A stretch of DNA of 64,000 nt, from assembly GCA_015064585.1 (NCBI GenBank), contig SVRY01000007.1, positions 1 to 64,000 on the forward strand. The letters run 5' to 3'. This DNA is from Oscillospiraceae bacterium. Lineage in GTDB: Bacteria > Bacillota > Clostridia > Oscillospirales > CAG-272. Position numbers and translations under genes: made by a program. The notes beneath the pieces were generated by a model. It searched no databases. It worked only from the letters and a program-made list of their open reading frames with translations, and had not been told where the DNA came from. Below are positions 17,679 through 26,554 of the stretch, piece after piece. Each line of letters opens with the position of its first letter. Position 1 is the first letter of the stretch.

Positions 17679-18788
17679 ATGGAAGAATTACAAATAGCAA
17701 TTCAAAGAATGAAAAACAAAATAGCGGAAATCCTTGCCCCTTGTATGCCCTCCATCTATTTGCACGGTTCGGCGGCTGTTGGAGACTTTCGTCTTGGTTG
17801 GAGCGATATTGATATTTTGGTTCTGACAGAATTAAAGATCACAGAAGAACAGGCAAAAATGCTTGTTGGACTTCGCCAAGCTATGCTTGCAGATAATCCG
17901 AGCAATCCCTATTACCGTTCCTTTGAAGGTGGTATGCTCACCTTGGATGCGTTCCTCTCAAAGAAACCCGATCGAGTTGTTTATTGGGGCACAAGCGGTG
18001 AGCGAATCACAGATAGCTATACATTTAACAGTTTCGGCATGGCAGAGCTAATTGAAAGCGGGGTTTTACTTTACGGTAAAGATATTCGAAACCAGCTAAC
18101 GAAACCTGAGTTCAGAGCCCTGTATGCCGATGTAAATAAACATTATGAAACCATAAGAAAATATGCGCAAAAGACGGGACGTAGCTTCCACTCGTTTGGT
18201 TGGATGTTGGATATTGCAAGATGCATCTATACTCTGCGCACCGGCAAGATTATCGCGAAGACTAACGCTGCAGAATGGGCTTTGGAAAATAACCTTTGCC
18301 CCGATCCGGATGCTCTTAGATATGCGCTGAAGGTTCGCAGAAGTCCGTTGGAATACAAGGACGATAATCAGACCTTTGACTACGCGGAAACACTTGCAGA
18401 GCCAGTACAACGCTTTGCAGATGCTCTGGAGAAGGAATTGAAATCAGTTCTCCCCCGCTCTTTTCTTGGAAAAACCGTGGATATACTGATTGACAGACCT
18501 CTCGGAAGTAAACATCCGAAATACCCCAACATCATCTATCCCATCAATTATGGATATATTCCGGACGTAATAGGCGGGGATGGAGAAGAACTTGATGTGT
18601 ATTTGCTTGGTGTAGATACTCCGGTCAAGGAATACTCTGCTCGTATTATTGGAATTGTTCATCGTCATAATGATGTGGAGGACAAGCTGGTTGCCGCGCC
18701 GGAAGGAATGCACTTTTCTGCAGAAGAAATCGAAGAAGCAGTTATGTTTCAAGAGCAATATTTTGATAGCGTAATCGAACTTATTTAA
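17679..18788 (+). CDS. Fusion: AadA/ANT-like nucleotidyltransferase (NTase domain plus DUF4111-like helical domain) fused to a C-terminal family-I inorganic pyrophosphatase core
   Basis: The NTase motif is IYLHGSAAVGDFRLGWSDIDILVL. The DUF4111-like segment is WMLDIARCIYTLRTGKIIAKTNAAEWAL. The PPase segment is YPINYGYIPDVIGGDGEELDVYLLG...GIVHRHNDVEDKLVAAPEG; E. coli Ppa has YPCNYGYI...DGDPVDVLV...DEAGEDAKLVAVP. Confidence 0.65.
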   Translation: MEELQIAIQRMKNKIAEILAPCMPSIYLHGSAAVGDFRLGWSDIDILVLTELKITEEQAKMLVGLRQAMLADNPSNPYYRSFEGGMLTLDAFLSKKPDRVVYWGTSGERITDSYTFNSFGMAELIESGVLLYGKDIRNQLTKPEFRALYADVNKHYETIRKYAQKTGRSFHSFGWMLDIARCIYTLRTGKIIAKTNAAEWALENNLCPDPDALRYALKVRRSPLEYKDDNQTFDYAETLAEPVQRFADALEKELKSVLPRSFLGKTVDILIDRPLGSKHPKYPNIIYPINYGYIPDVIGGDGEELDVYLLGVDTPVKEYSARIIGIVHRHNDVEDKLVAAPEGMHFSAEEIEEAVMFQEQYFDSVIELI

Positions 18789-18814
18789 TGATTACAAAAC
18801 AAGGAGCTGATACA

Positions 18815-19924
18815 ATGGATAGACGCCTAATTGGGAAATGGTACAAAGAAGATATGGGCGAAACCATCAATATTTTTGATGAAACACCGCTTCGTATGAA
18901 AATGTCTTTTTCATCAAGCGGACATTATAATTTTGAGCCAAACTGTGTTTATGAAAAAGACGGTTATTTGTGTTATGAAATCAACGATGAATACTACCGC
19001 ATGGTTTATCACATTCAGTATGTGGATGAAGGACTTGAAGGCTTTTACGTGCGACACGGAAAATCAACACCTGTTAAGTATGTAAAACTCGATGATTCCC
19101 CTGAGGATGCGCCGTATAAATATATCCCGGTTGAGGTATATGTTCCTAACACAGATAAAACAAGAATTGAAATCCTGAAGCAATACGCTGAATACGACAG
19201 AAGCAAGGAATATGGCTACGGCAATGAATTTGTTTTAGGTGGAAACATTCCTGAAATACTGGAAAAATATAATTATTCCACATACATAAACGGCGTGGAT
19301 AATACCAAAGACGAAATTGTTTTTAAGCTGCTTGATTTTGTATGCGATCATTTTGGTCACAACGGCTCCGGCGGTATGGGATTTGGTAGGAGCATAACCG
19401 ATCTGATTGAGTTTTGTGAAAGAAACGACAGCAAGTCCAACTGCCGAGGTTTAGCTACTCTTTTAGCCTCTCTGCTTCGTTTAAACGGAATCAAAGCACA
19501 GCATATTACTTGCTTACCTTATGAAGAACCGTTTGAGGATTGCCATGTTGTGGTAGATTGTCTTTTACCATCCGGTAAACGTATTATGCTTGACCCTACG
19601 TGGCGTTTGTATTTGAAAGATAAGGGTGGTAATTACGTTTCGCTTTCACATTTAAGAGAGCTCTTGTTAGCTGATGAGCCAATATTTGAAAACCCTACGG
19701 CTGATTATAACGGAACCGGATTTGATAAAGAGTATTACAGAAACTATATGACCAAAAACACTTTCCGCTTTGCTCGTTGCACTCTTAACAAGGAAGGCGT
19801 TGACGGACGGACAGAGATATCAAGGTATATAGAATTGATTCCTAAGTGCTATCCTACAAAAAACTTTTCCGAGAAGGAAAAAGCCGATTTTGTTTATAAC
19901 GATATTGAGTTTTGGAAAATGTGA
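18815..19924 (+). CDS. Transglutaminase-like cysteine-protease-fold protein
   Basis: An AGGAG RBS lies 9 nt before the ATG at 18815. A Cys/His/Asp core is arranged as in transglutaminase-like domains: SNCRGLATLLASLLRLNGIKAQHI, DCHVVVD and MLDPTW. Confidence 0.65.
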   Translation: MDRRLIGKWYKEDMGETINIFDETPLRMKMSFSSSGHYNFEPNCVYEKDGYLCYEINDEYYRMVYHIQYVDEGLEGFYVRHGKSTPVKYVKLDDSPEDAPYKYIPVEVYVPNTDKTRIEILKQYAEYDRSKEYGYGNEFVLGGNIPEILEKYNYSTYINGVDNTKDEIVFKLLDFVCDHFGHNGSGGMGFGRSITDLIEFCERNDSKSNCRGLATLLASLLRLNGIKAQHITCLPYEEPFEDCHVVVDCLLPSGKRIMLDPTWRLYLKDKGGNYVSLSHLRELLLADEPIFENPTADYNGTGFDKEYYRNYMTKNTFRFARCTLNKEGVDGRTEISRYIELIPKCYPTKNFSEKEKADFVYNDIEFWKM

Positions 19925-20306
19925 GAGTCACTTTAACCACGGAACCCACAAATGGTTTTTATAACAAAACAACTAATAGATAAAGGTTGGTCCGGAGATA
20001 AAAAGTATTGTGTTCCCGATGAGAAGGAAGAGAATGCACACAGGTTAACAAGTGACGAACAGTATTTTTATGGTTTTGAAGCAGGACGAATACTGAAAAA
20101 TAATACTATATCATTCCCCCATACGAAAGAAGATTAGCGTGAAAGATTGATTTTAGGCATCTTACATTTATCGATTCACGCTTGGAATTTTAGGAAATAC
20201 GCCTGCGTTTTTCCAAAGTGAAGCCCGTCCCACTTTTGCCGCAGGGCGGCACAAAAATTCAATTGTACTATTTGTACTGACGCTATGCGTCAGAATGGAG
20301 ATTATA

Positions 20307-20657
20307 ATGGATCCGCTCAATGAACTGATCGCTTCGCTTGCCAAGCTTGAATTTGGCGGCAAAACCTCTATGGAAGAAAAAGATGAAGACATTACCAAGC
20401 AGCTTGCCAATCATTATTTGGCTTTGATCAAGACCGTCAAACAGAATTACACCGCTGTTTCTCTTGACAAAAACAGCCTATTCTCAATTACCGTCGATCA
20501 AGCCCACTACGATCTCGATTTACTCATTTCACATGATGATCTCGCAAACAAAAAGCATCGCTTGGCAATCGAATCCGTTCTGTCTGAGCTTGCCGAGGAT
20601 GGAGAGGACATAAACGAAATTCTTTCCGAGGTAGAAACAATTTTGAACAATTTATAA
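20307..20657 (+). CDS. Small acidic hypothetical protein (117 aa)
   Basis: A GGAG RBS lies 7 nt before the ATG at 20307. The open frame ends at a strong terminator. There are no recognisable motifs. Confidence 0.5.
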   Translation: MDPLNELIASLAKLEFGGKTSMEEKDEDITKQLANHYLALIKTVKQNYTAVSLDKNSLFSITVDQAHYDLDLLISHDDLANKKHRLAIESVLSELAEDGEDINEILSEVETILNNL

Positions 20658-20659
20658 AA

Positions 20660-20697
20660 AGTGAGGAGAATCGTAACAAATTCTCCTCGCTTTTTTA
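20660..20697. terminator. Bidirectional intrinsic terminator GTGAGGAGAAT-CGTAACAA-ATTCTCCTCGC plus T6
   Basis: The inverted repeat and T-run lie between convergent genes. Confidence 0.7.
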
Positions 20698-21936
20698 TTG
20701 CCAAATATCCCGATGACGGCGAATACCCGCCATATCAAGAGTAGAAACAAATCCTGCAATATCATATACGGTAACTTTTCCCTTTTGACCGCCAAGAACG
20801 CTTCCGTTATCCAGCGTCACGCCGCCCTTTCTGTTACCCAAGCGCCATATGGAAGGACGGCGGGTGAGAACCACCACTTTTTCGCTGTCCTCTTTTTGCG
20901 CTCTCAAGCCCGCAAAATCCAATTTATGCTTTGGGAAGTACACATTAAAAGTAAACACCTCAAAGCGGTAGCTGTCTTCATGGGGCGAAAAATACAAACG
21001 GCTGATCTTGCCGGGAACAGGCAGTAAACATCCCACAAAGGTCTTTTTATCGGTTGTCACCGTAAATTCTGTCTTGCCTGTACAGACAAGCAGACTTTTA
21101 AAAGAAAAACGATATGTAAACTTATATTTGTGTTTGTCACAAACTTCTTTTATTTCCCGTATAAATTTTTTCCTTCTGCGGTAGCTTCGCCAAAGTCGGG
21201 TCAAAAACCAAAGCACCAAAGCCGTTACCAAAACAGCAATAACCTGCGGAAGAATGACCAAAAACACCGATAAAGCATTCAGCGCCGCTAAAAGGTAGGT
21301 CATTCCGGCAGGCAGCAGCAGCATGCCGAACCAATATAAAAGAATGTTAATAACCAGCTTTACGTAGTACTTCTTTTCATTCACAACGCCTTCCCGAAAA
21401 CGGCGCAGCTGTCCTTCATCCAGATGATACCACTCTTCCGCCCACAGCCGCCTAAGTTGCGCTTCGGTGTGGCAAAACAACAAGAGCATGGGCAAAACAA
21501 ACAAGAAAAAGGACACTATGTATTGCAAAATCACCAAATCAGTCTTATAACCGATCATGTCGCAAACATTTTCCCGCACAGGCGTCCAATAGGTCGCAGG
21601 CAACAGGATCAAAAGCGACTCGATCCAAAAAAATCGAAAACAAAGCGTATCCCGTACACTGTCCTTGTAAGAAAGATCGGCAGGAATGATGCCTGCCAAA
21701 TGCCGTTTGCGAAGGACACTTCTTTGCAACACCAACCGCCACAGCACCACGATGCCCACGTACATGGAAATCAGTTCTACCACAAGGAACATCCATTCGG
21801 ATTCCTTGGGCAAAGACAGCCCATACAAGGTTCGTTTCACTGTCTCATCGGTATAGAACATGATATATCCGTACAGCAAGAAAATACCCACCGTCCTTAG
21901 AAGGATCATACCATATTCCTTTAGCGTCTTTTTCAT
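20695..21936 (-). CDS. Polytopic membrane protein with a C-terminal soluble domain (hypothetical)
   Basis: A GAGGAG RBS precedes the ATG at 21936 (MKKTLKEYG...). It has multiple hydrophobic helices. The beta-rich C-terminus is FTVTTDKKTFVGCLLPVPGKISRLYF. It is the last gene of a four-gene minus-strand cluster. Confidence 0.6.
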   Translation of the reverse strand: MKKTLKEYGMILLRTVGIFLLYGYIMFYTDETVKRTLYGLSLPKESEWMFLVVELISMYVGIVVLWRLVLQRSVLRKRHLAGIIPADLSYKDSVRDTLCFRFFWIESLLILLPATYWTPVRENVCDMIGYKTDLVILQYIVSFFLFVLPMLLLFCHTEAQLRRLWAEEWYHLDEGQLRRFREGVVNEKKYYVKLVINILLYWFGMLLLPAGMTYLLAALNALSVFLVILPQVIAVLVTALVLWFLTRLWRSYRRRKKFIREIKEVCDKHKYKFTYRFSFKSLLVCTGKTEFTVTTDKKTFVGCLLPVPGKISRLYFSPHEDSYRFEVFTFNVYFPKHKLDFAGLRAQKEDSEKVVVLTRRPSIWRLGNRKGGVTLDNGSVLGGQKGKVTVYDIAGFVSTLDMAGIRRHRDIWQ

Positions 21937-21937
21937 A

Positions 21938-22528
21938 TCAATCTCCTCTGTAAAGCTGTTCATCGTCCCATTTTTTACGGGCGGCAAGCCACAGTACAAA
22001 ATTGGTTGCCGTTCCAAACACGGCTAAAACAATCAAAATAAACACCATAGGCAGCCACATGGAAAGAAAAGTCAGTCCCGTATTTCCCAAAGGGTTGGCA
22101 AGGATCGACGCTTTCACGCAGTAAGGAAGCGAAACACAAAACAGAACGATACAAATGGTATACAGCGCCCAATTTTCGATCCAGAAGAAGGAAGAGTGCC
22201 ATGTCGACTTTGCCTCAATCTGTCTGTCATAGCGTCTGCCCTCGGCTTTTAGCATGGCAAGGTATTCTCTTTTGATCTCCACCTCTTTACGCCGTTCCCA
22301 CCAAAGAGGCACGGCAAAGGAAGCACCAAAAATGCCGATTGCCAACAGGCTGACAATTCTCATACCCACAATTTCCGATAGAATGCCACCCAGCAGTAAA
22401 AGCCCCACCGAGGATACCACATAGGCAATGGGTACCCCTACCGCAAGGTTCCGTACGTAAATAAACAGATTGTGCCAGTATCTTTCTTTCATTAAATCTT
22501 TTTTAGTTGGTTTTTTGTTAGGTTCCAT
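21938..22528 (-). CDS. Small integral membrane protein (about 4 TM), hypothetical
   Basis: Its stop abuts the next start. Hydrophobic segments are read directly. Confidence 0.55.
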   Translation of the reverse strand: MEPNKKPTKKDLMKERYWHNLFIYVRNLAVGVPIAYVVSSVGLLLLGGILSEIVGMRIVSLLAIGIFGASFAVPLWWERRKEVEIKREYLAMLKAEGRRYDRQIEAKSTWHSSFFWIENWALYTICIVLFCVSLPYCVKASILANPLGNTGLTFLSMWLPMVFILIVLAVFGTATNFVLWLAARKKWDDEQLYRGD

Positions 22529-22546
22529 ATATTTCTCACTCCGGGC

Positions 22547-23080
22547 TTAGTTTTCTTCTTCCAATCGGTATTCCCTTTGGTTGTACATCAATACCGCTTC
22601 CTCTTCGCCTTCATATTTCACTATATAAAAGAGGTCATCCACAAAGGTACAGCGACAGGTGCTGCCGGTTACCACCACTCTGCCCGTATCTCTGAAATAG
22701 ATCACGTCCTCCTCCACATGGCGGTATCTGCGTCCTCTTAATAGTTTTTCTTTCAATGACAGATATCTGACCTCATTCTCCGAAGTGCGAAGCACGCGGT
22801 CTTCCACGATGCGGTATTTCCCTTGGCGAAATAAGATAAGTTTCTTTATCAAATAATATCCGTAGTAAATATCCAAGAACGCAAAGAACAGGATCGCAAT
22901 AACAGACCCTATCTGATACGGCAAAGCCACCAGCGTCATGCCCCACGCAAGGAAAGCAATGATACTCCCCGTCAACACATACATCACCATCGTGGATACG
23001 ATGCTGAATTTTAGCGTCGACCATAGTTTCTTCACAATGATTTCTCTTGTTAAAATATCTCTTTCGTCTGTTTTCATCAT
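22547..23080 (-). CDS. YdbS-like membrane protein: 2 TM plus a bacterial PH (bPH_2)-like domain
   Basis: The N-terminal TM hairpin is followed by KYRIVEDRVLRTSENEVRYLSLKEKL, which resembles the bPH_2 signature Y-x-I-x-D-x-R-L. Confidence 0.5.
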   Translation of the reverse strand: MMKTDERDILTREIIVKKLWSTLKFSIVSTMVMYVLTGSIIAFLAWGMTLVALPYQIGSVIAILFFAFLDIYYGYYLIKKLILFRQGKYRIVEDRVLRTSENEVRYLSLKEKLLRGRRYRHVEEDVIYFRDTGRVVVTGSTCRCTFVDDLFYIVKYEGEEEAVLMYNQREYRLEEEN

Positions 23081-23086
23081 TTTGTC

Positions 23087-23716
23087 TCACTTTATCAATG
23101 TATACCCGCATTTGCGGCAGACATCCTCTTTTACCGAATTGGATTCCCCGCAAACGGCACAGCACACACTTTGCGCCTTATCGTCCGGCAGAACTACGAT
23201 ATGTTTTGTTCCGTAAAGATGGAATACCTTTGCGCCAACCTTGTAAGCATTCTCCGCAGTTTTTACAAAACTTTCCCCTTCAACAGCATAAGTATCAAAC
23301 ATACCGTTTTTATCTGTGGCAGAGCCTTTTCTTCGCACCTTGATCGTATGACGCTTGTCACTTTCTTCTTCCTTTACAACAAGGGATACCGTAACAGCGG
23401 TATAATGTCCTTCCAGTGTCGGCTTGAAGGGGCGTTCATTTTCAATGGAGGTTTTCACCTGTACTTGTTCTATCACACCAAAGTAGGTTTTGTCAAGCAG
23501 TGAAAAAGGAATTTTTGTCACAAAAAACGGAACAAGGAGCAAAAGTACCCACAGCACGTACAGCACCACCCCCGTACTGCTGCCAAAAAGGGTGTCCCCC
23601 CACAGAATAAGCACGGCAATCAGCGCCGCCTCCATCAAGGAAAAGAGGGCGATCTTTTTGAAAATGTAGGTCTTTATATGCTTTTGCAGATCTTTTGGAA
23701 ATCTTCGGTCTTTCAT
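23087..23716 (-). CDS. Membrane protein (2 TM) with a soluble domain ending in a C4 zinc ribbon
   Basis: The TM segments are LFSLMEAALIAVLILWG and VVLYVLWVLLLLVPFFV. The C-terminal motif is CCAVCGESNSVKEDVCRKCG. Confidence 0.55.
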   Translation of the reverse strand: MKDRRFPKDLQKHIKTYIFKKIALFSLMEAALIAVLILWGDTLFGSSTGVVLYVLWVLLLLVPFFVTKIPFSLLDKTYFGVIEQVQVKTSIENERPFKPTLEGHYTAVTVSLVVKEEESDKRHTIKVRRKGSATDKNGMFDTYAVEGESFVKTAENAYKVGAKVFHLYGTKHIVVLPDDKAQSVCCAVCGESNSVKEDVCRKCGYTLIK

Positions 23717-23779
23717 TTTATTGCTCCTTTCATCCTTGAGGCTCTCTCAAACTCTGCCAAACTTTTTAAATGATTGTAT

Positions 23780-23826
23780 ATCCAAAAATGTGACGGATGC
23801 GGTGCGTTTTTCACACCGCATCCGTC
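23780..23826 (-). terminator. Intrinsic terminator after the flotillin gene: GACGGATGCGGTG-TGAAAAAC-GCACCGCATCCGTC plus a T-run on the minus strand
   Basis: A perfect 13-bp inverted repeat is followed by ACATTTTTGG on the minus strand. Confidence 0.7.
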
Positions 23827-23837
23827 ATTTTGCTGTT

Positions 23838-25241
23838 TTATTCTGCGCTCTCGCCAACGGCAATTTCTGCCACGGGTGTTTCCTCTGCCTTCTTGCCAAG
23901 GAAGTTCGGCAGTTGCATGCCTGCCAGGGCGAACACCTCATCCAGAGGAGGAACTGACTTCATCATACCCGAGATAAAGTTTGCGGTAGAAGTCTTCCCT
24001 TCTCCGTTCTGGCCGCCGTCCCAAACGGTTACCTTGTCGATCTTAATGTTCTTGACTGCATCCACCTGTACGCGCATCAGATCTTCCAGCTTATCGGCAA
24101 TCAGCAGTTTCAGAGCCGCATCGGCATCCCCGCCGGCAGACTTCACGATCTCGGCAAAACCAGCCGCCTGCTTTTTCAGAATTTCTTCCATACCGCGGGC
24201 TTCCGCTTCCATCTTTGCGTAAATAGCATCAGCTTCACCCTTGGCTCTTCTGCGCGTTTGTTCTGCTTCTGCTTCTGCCGCCAGCTCCATTTCCTTTTTG
24301 CGTGCTTCTGCACGTACGATGATATCAGCTTCCAGTGTTGCCTGTTCCTTGGAACGTCTTGCCTCTTCGGCAGCCTTTTCTGCGGCATAGGATTCTTCCA
24401 GCGCCTTTGCCGCCTGCACCTTTGCGGCAGTGGTAGCGATCTTTTCCGCTTCTGCTTCCTTTTCACGCAGTGCCGCTTCGGACATGGCGATCTTCATCTT
24501 AGCTTCGTTTTCACCCTGGATTGCCACAGAGTTGGATTCGGACACCTTAATACGCTGTTCCATGGTAGCGTTGGCTTCACCGATCGAACCGTCTCTTTCC
24601 TGCTCTGCCACACTCTTTTTCGCGTCGTTGATCGCCTTTGCAGCCGCTTCCTTACCAAGTGCCGCAATATATCCCGATTCATCGGTAATGTCGGTGACGT
24701 TTGCGTTAATAAGACGCAAACCGATCTTCTTCAGTTCACTTTCCACGTTACTGCTCACCGCCGCCAAGAACTTGTCACGGTCAGTGTTGATCTCTTCAAT
24801 ATCCATCGTCGCAATGATCAAACGCAGCTGACCGAAAATAATGTCACGAGACAGCTCTTGGATCTCGGACAAAGCCAATCCGCCAAGACGCTCTGCCGCA
24901 TTCTGCATCACACCGGGCTCTGTGGAAATACCGACCGTGAAACGGGAAGGCACGTCAATTCGGATATTCTGTCTTGTCAATGCGTTTTTCAGATCCACCT
25001 GAATGGAAATGGGAGTCAGATCCAGATAAGAATAGGATTGGAATACAGGAATAACGAATTCCGCGCCACCGTGAATACATTTTGCACTGCGGTTAGTACC
25101 GTCCTTATTCTTACCGATCGAACCGTGAATGACCATGATCTTATCCGCAGGGCATTTCTTGTAGCGGGAAAAGATCCACGCAACAAACGATACCAGTATC
25201 AGAACGATAGCACCCACTAAAATAACAACACCGCTTTTCAT
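23838..25241 (-). CDS. floT: Flotillin-family SPFH/band-7 protein (FloT/YuaG-like)
   Basis: An N-terminal TM is followed by an SPFH domain (IHGGAEFVIPVFQ...), then a long Ala/Glu/Lys-rich coiled-coil flotillin region. Length is 467 aa. An NfeD-like gene lies immediately upstream, as in yuaF-floT. Confidence 0.75.
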   Translation of the reverse strand: MKSGVVILVGAIVLILVSFVAWIFSRYKKCPADKIMVIHGSIGKNKDGTNRSAKCIHGGAEFVIPVFQSYSYLDLTPISIQVDLKNALTRQNIRIDVPSRFTVGISTEPGVMQNAAERLGGLALSEIQELSRDIIFGQLRLIIATMDIEEINTDRDKFLAAVSSNVESELKKIGLRLINANVTDITDESGYIAALGKEAAAKAINDAKKSVAEQERDGSIGEANATMEQRIKVSESNSVAIQGENEAKMKIAMSEAALREKEAEAEKIATTAAKVQAAKALEESYAAEKAAEEARRSKEQATLEADIIVRAEARKKEMELAAEAEAEQTRRRAKGEADAIYAKMEAEARGMEEILKKQAAGFAEIVKSAGGDADAALKLLIADKLEDLMRVQVDAVKNIKIDKVTVWDGGQNGEGKTSTANFISGMMKSVPPLDEVFALAGMQLPNFLGKKAEETPVAEIAVGESAE

Positions 25242-25271
25242 TTTGCATTACCTCCAAAATATATAAATTTT

Positions 25272-25922
25272 TTATTTTTTACGCACAACCAGATCTGTCT
25301 GACCGCTCAGCCCTATTACAACAACTTCACTTCCCGTGAAAATCGCTTCCGTGCTGTCGGTCACAGCATTTCTTTCTGCGTATGTTCCTTGAATCATAAC
25401 GTGCACTTTCCCCGTACCGCTTCGGGAAGGCGGAATGGTCAAATACACTTTTCCGGACACCCCCACCGCATTGCGGTTATCCACATTGCCATCGCTTCTC
25501 AACTTCATAGCGGCACGCATCAGCCAAGCAAGTAAAAGCATCATCACAAAGCCGCATGCGGTTGCCACAGGCAAGGTTGCCCATAGTTTTGCACCGGCAG
25601 AGTCCATCACAACGCCGACCCAACCGAATACCACAAGAAACGCAATGATGCCGCGTACCGTCAGAATCCGAAGGCCGTCCAATCCTGCTGCATCTGCAGG
25701 TTCTCCCTCCATATCTTCTCCAAACACGCCGTCCATCTCATCGGGCAAATCATTTGCTGTAATGTCATCGGGAATTTCATCCCCCACGCCGTCTGCATCC
25801 TCGCCCATACCCATAAACAACATGACCGTTTGAATAAGCAAGATCAAAGTGGAAGGCAATGCCACCAACAAAAAGATCTGTGCAATCAAACTCATAGAGT
25901 TCCACCAATCAACTATAAACAT
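25272..25922 (-). CDS. NfeD-like membrane protein (YuaF-like) with a C-terminal OB-fold
   Basis: Hydrophobic N-terminal helices are followed by an acidic linker (GEDADGVGDEIPDDITANDLPDEMDGVFGEDMEGEPADAAG) and then TM segments. The C-terminal beta-barrel-like segment is VSGKVYLTIPPSRSGTGKVHVMIQGTYAERNAV...VVVIGL. It is cotranscribed with flotillin. Confidence 0.65.
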   Translation of the reverse strand: MFIVDWWNSMSLIAQIFLLVALPSTLILLIQTVMLFMGMGEDADGVGDEIPDDITANDLPDEMDGVFGEDMEGEPADAAGLDGLRILTVRGIIAFLVVFGWVGVVMDSAGAKLWATLPVATACGFVMMLLLAWLMRAAMKLRSDGNVDNRNAVGVSGKVYLTIPPSRSGTGKVHVMIQGTYAERNAVTDSTEAIFTGSEVVVIGLSGQTDLVVRKK

Positions 25923-25937
25923 ACCATTCGTCCTTTC

Positions 25938-26501
25938 TTACTGTAAAGTACTAAATATCTCGTCTGCCTTTTTACGAAGCGTTGCCGCCGCGTGGGCATA
26001 TACCATCACTTCAAATATATGCATCAGCTGCTTTTTAGAATTCGGAATACGTTCCTCACATTCTGCCGCCGCTAACAGTGCCGCCTCAGCAACCGATTCT
26101 GCATTCAAAGGATTGACTTCCGATTCCGCCAGCATATCCACATAGCGGTGATACAATTCGTCGTCGCTGATCAAATCGTCGCTTTCATCATTGGGATTTC
26201 CGCCAATGATCTTGATCAAGGTGCAGATCTTATCGATCTGCAATGATTCCTTTAACATATTGATAATCACGATGCGGGCAAATTGTTTTCGGGAATATAA
26301 CCTTTTTACAGGGGAGGTCACAAACCCGCGCTTTACCCAGTTCTGTATCAGATAGGGTTCCAACCCCGTCATGACCGAAATCTGCGACAGCGTAATACCG
26401 CCTGCGGCAAATACTCCGTCAAATAAAACCCGTGAACTGCCCTTCTCTATTTTACCAACCTCCACAGTCATGCCCGGGTAGGTATTTAGCATCCCTTTCA
26501 C
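25938..26501 (-). CDS. HTH-containing protein (DUF1836-like), putative regulator, first gene of the NfeD-flotillin operon
   Basis: The HTH-like segment is ITLSQISVMTGLEPYLIQNWVKRGFV. An AGGAGG RBS precedes the start. Confidence 0.45.
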   Translation of the reverse strand: MKGMLNTYPGMTVEVGKIEKGSSRVLFDGVFAAGGITLSQISVMTGLEPYLIQNWVKRGFVTSPVKRLYSRKQFARIVIINMLKESLQIDKICTLIKIIGGNPNDESDDLISDDELYHRYVDMLAESEVNPLNAESVAEAALLAAAECEERIPNSKKQLMHIFEVMVYAHAAATLRKKADEIFSTLQ

Positions 26502-26525
26502 CTCCTATCGTTCATCTGTACTATG

Positions 26526-26554
26526 ATTATATCACATGGTCACGTGATTGTCAA
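26526..26554 (-). promoter_or_regulatory. Promoter TTGACA-17-TATAAT on the minus strand; the spacer contains the palindrome TCACGTGA
   Basis: The minus strand reads ATTGACAATCACGTGACCATGTGATATAATCAT. A second half-site-like GTCACGT lies upstream. Confidence 0.5.

Noticed and set aside
19952-20137. A 61-aa ORF in the 380-bp noncoding gap after the transglutaminase-like gene
   Set aside because: It has no RBS and no motifs, and it is short. It cannot be supported from sequence alone. The gap is noted in the findings as unexplained.
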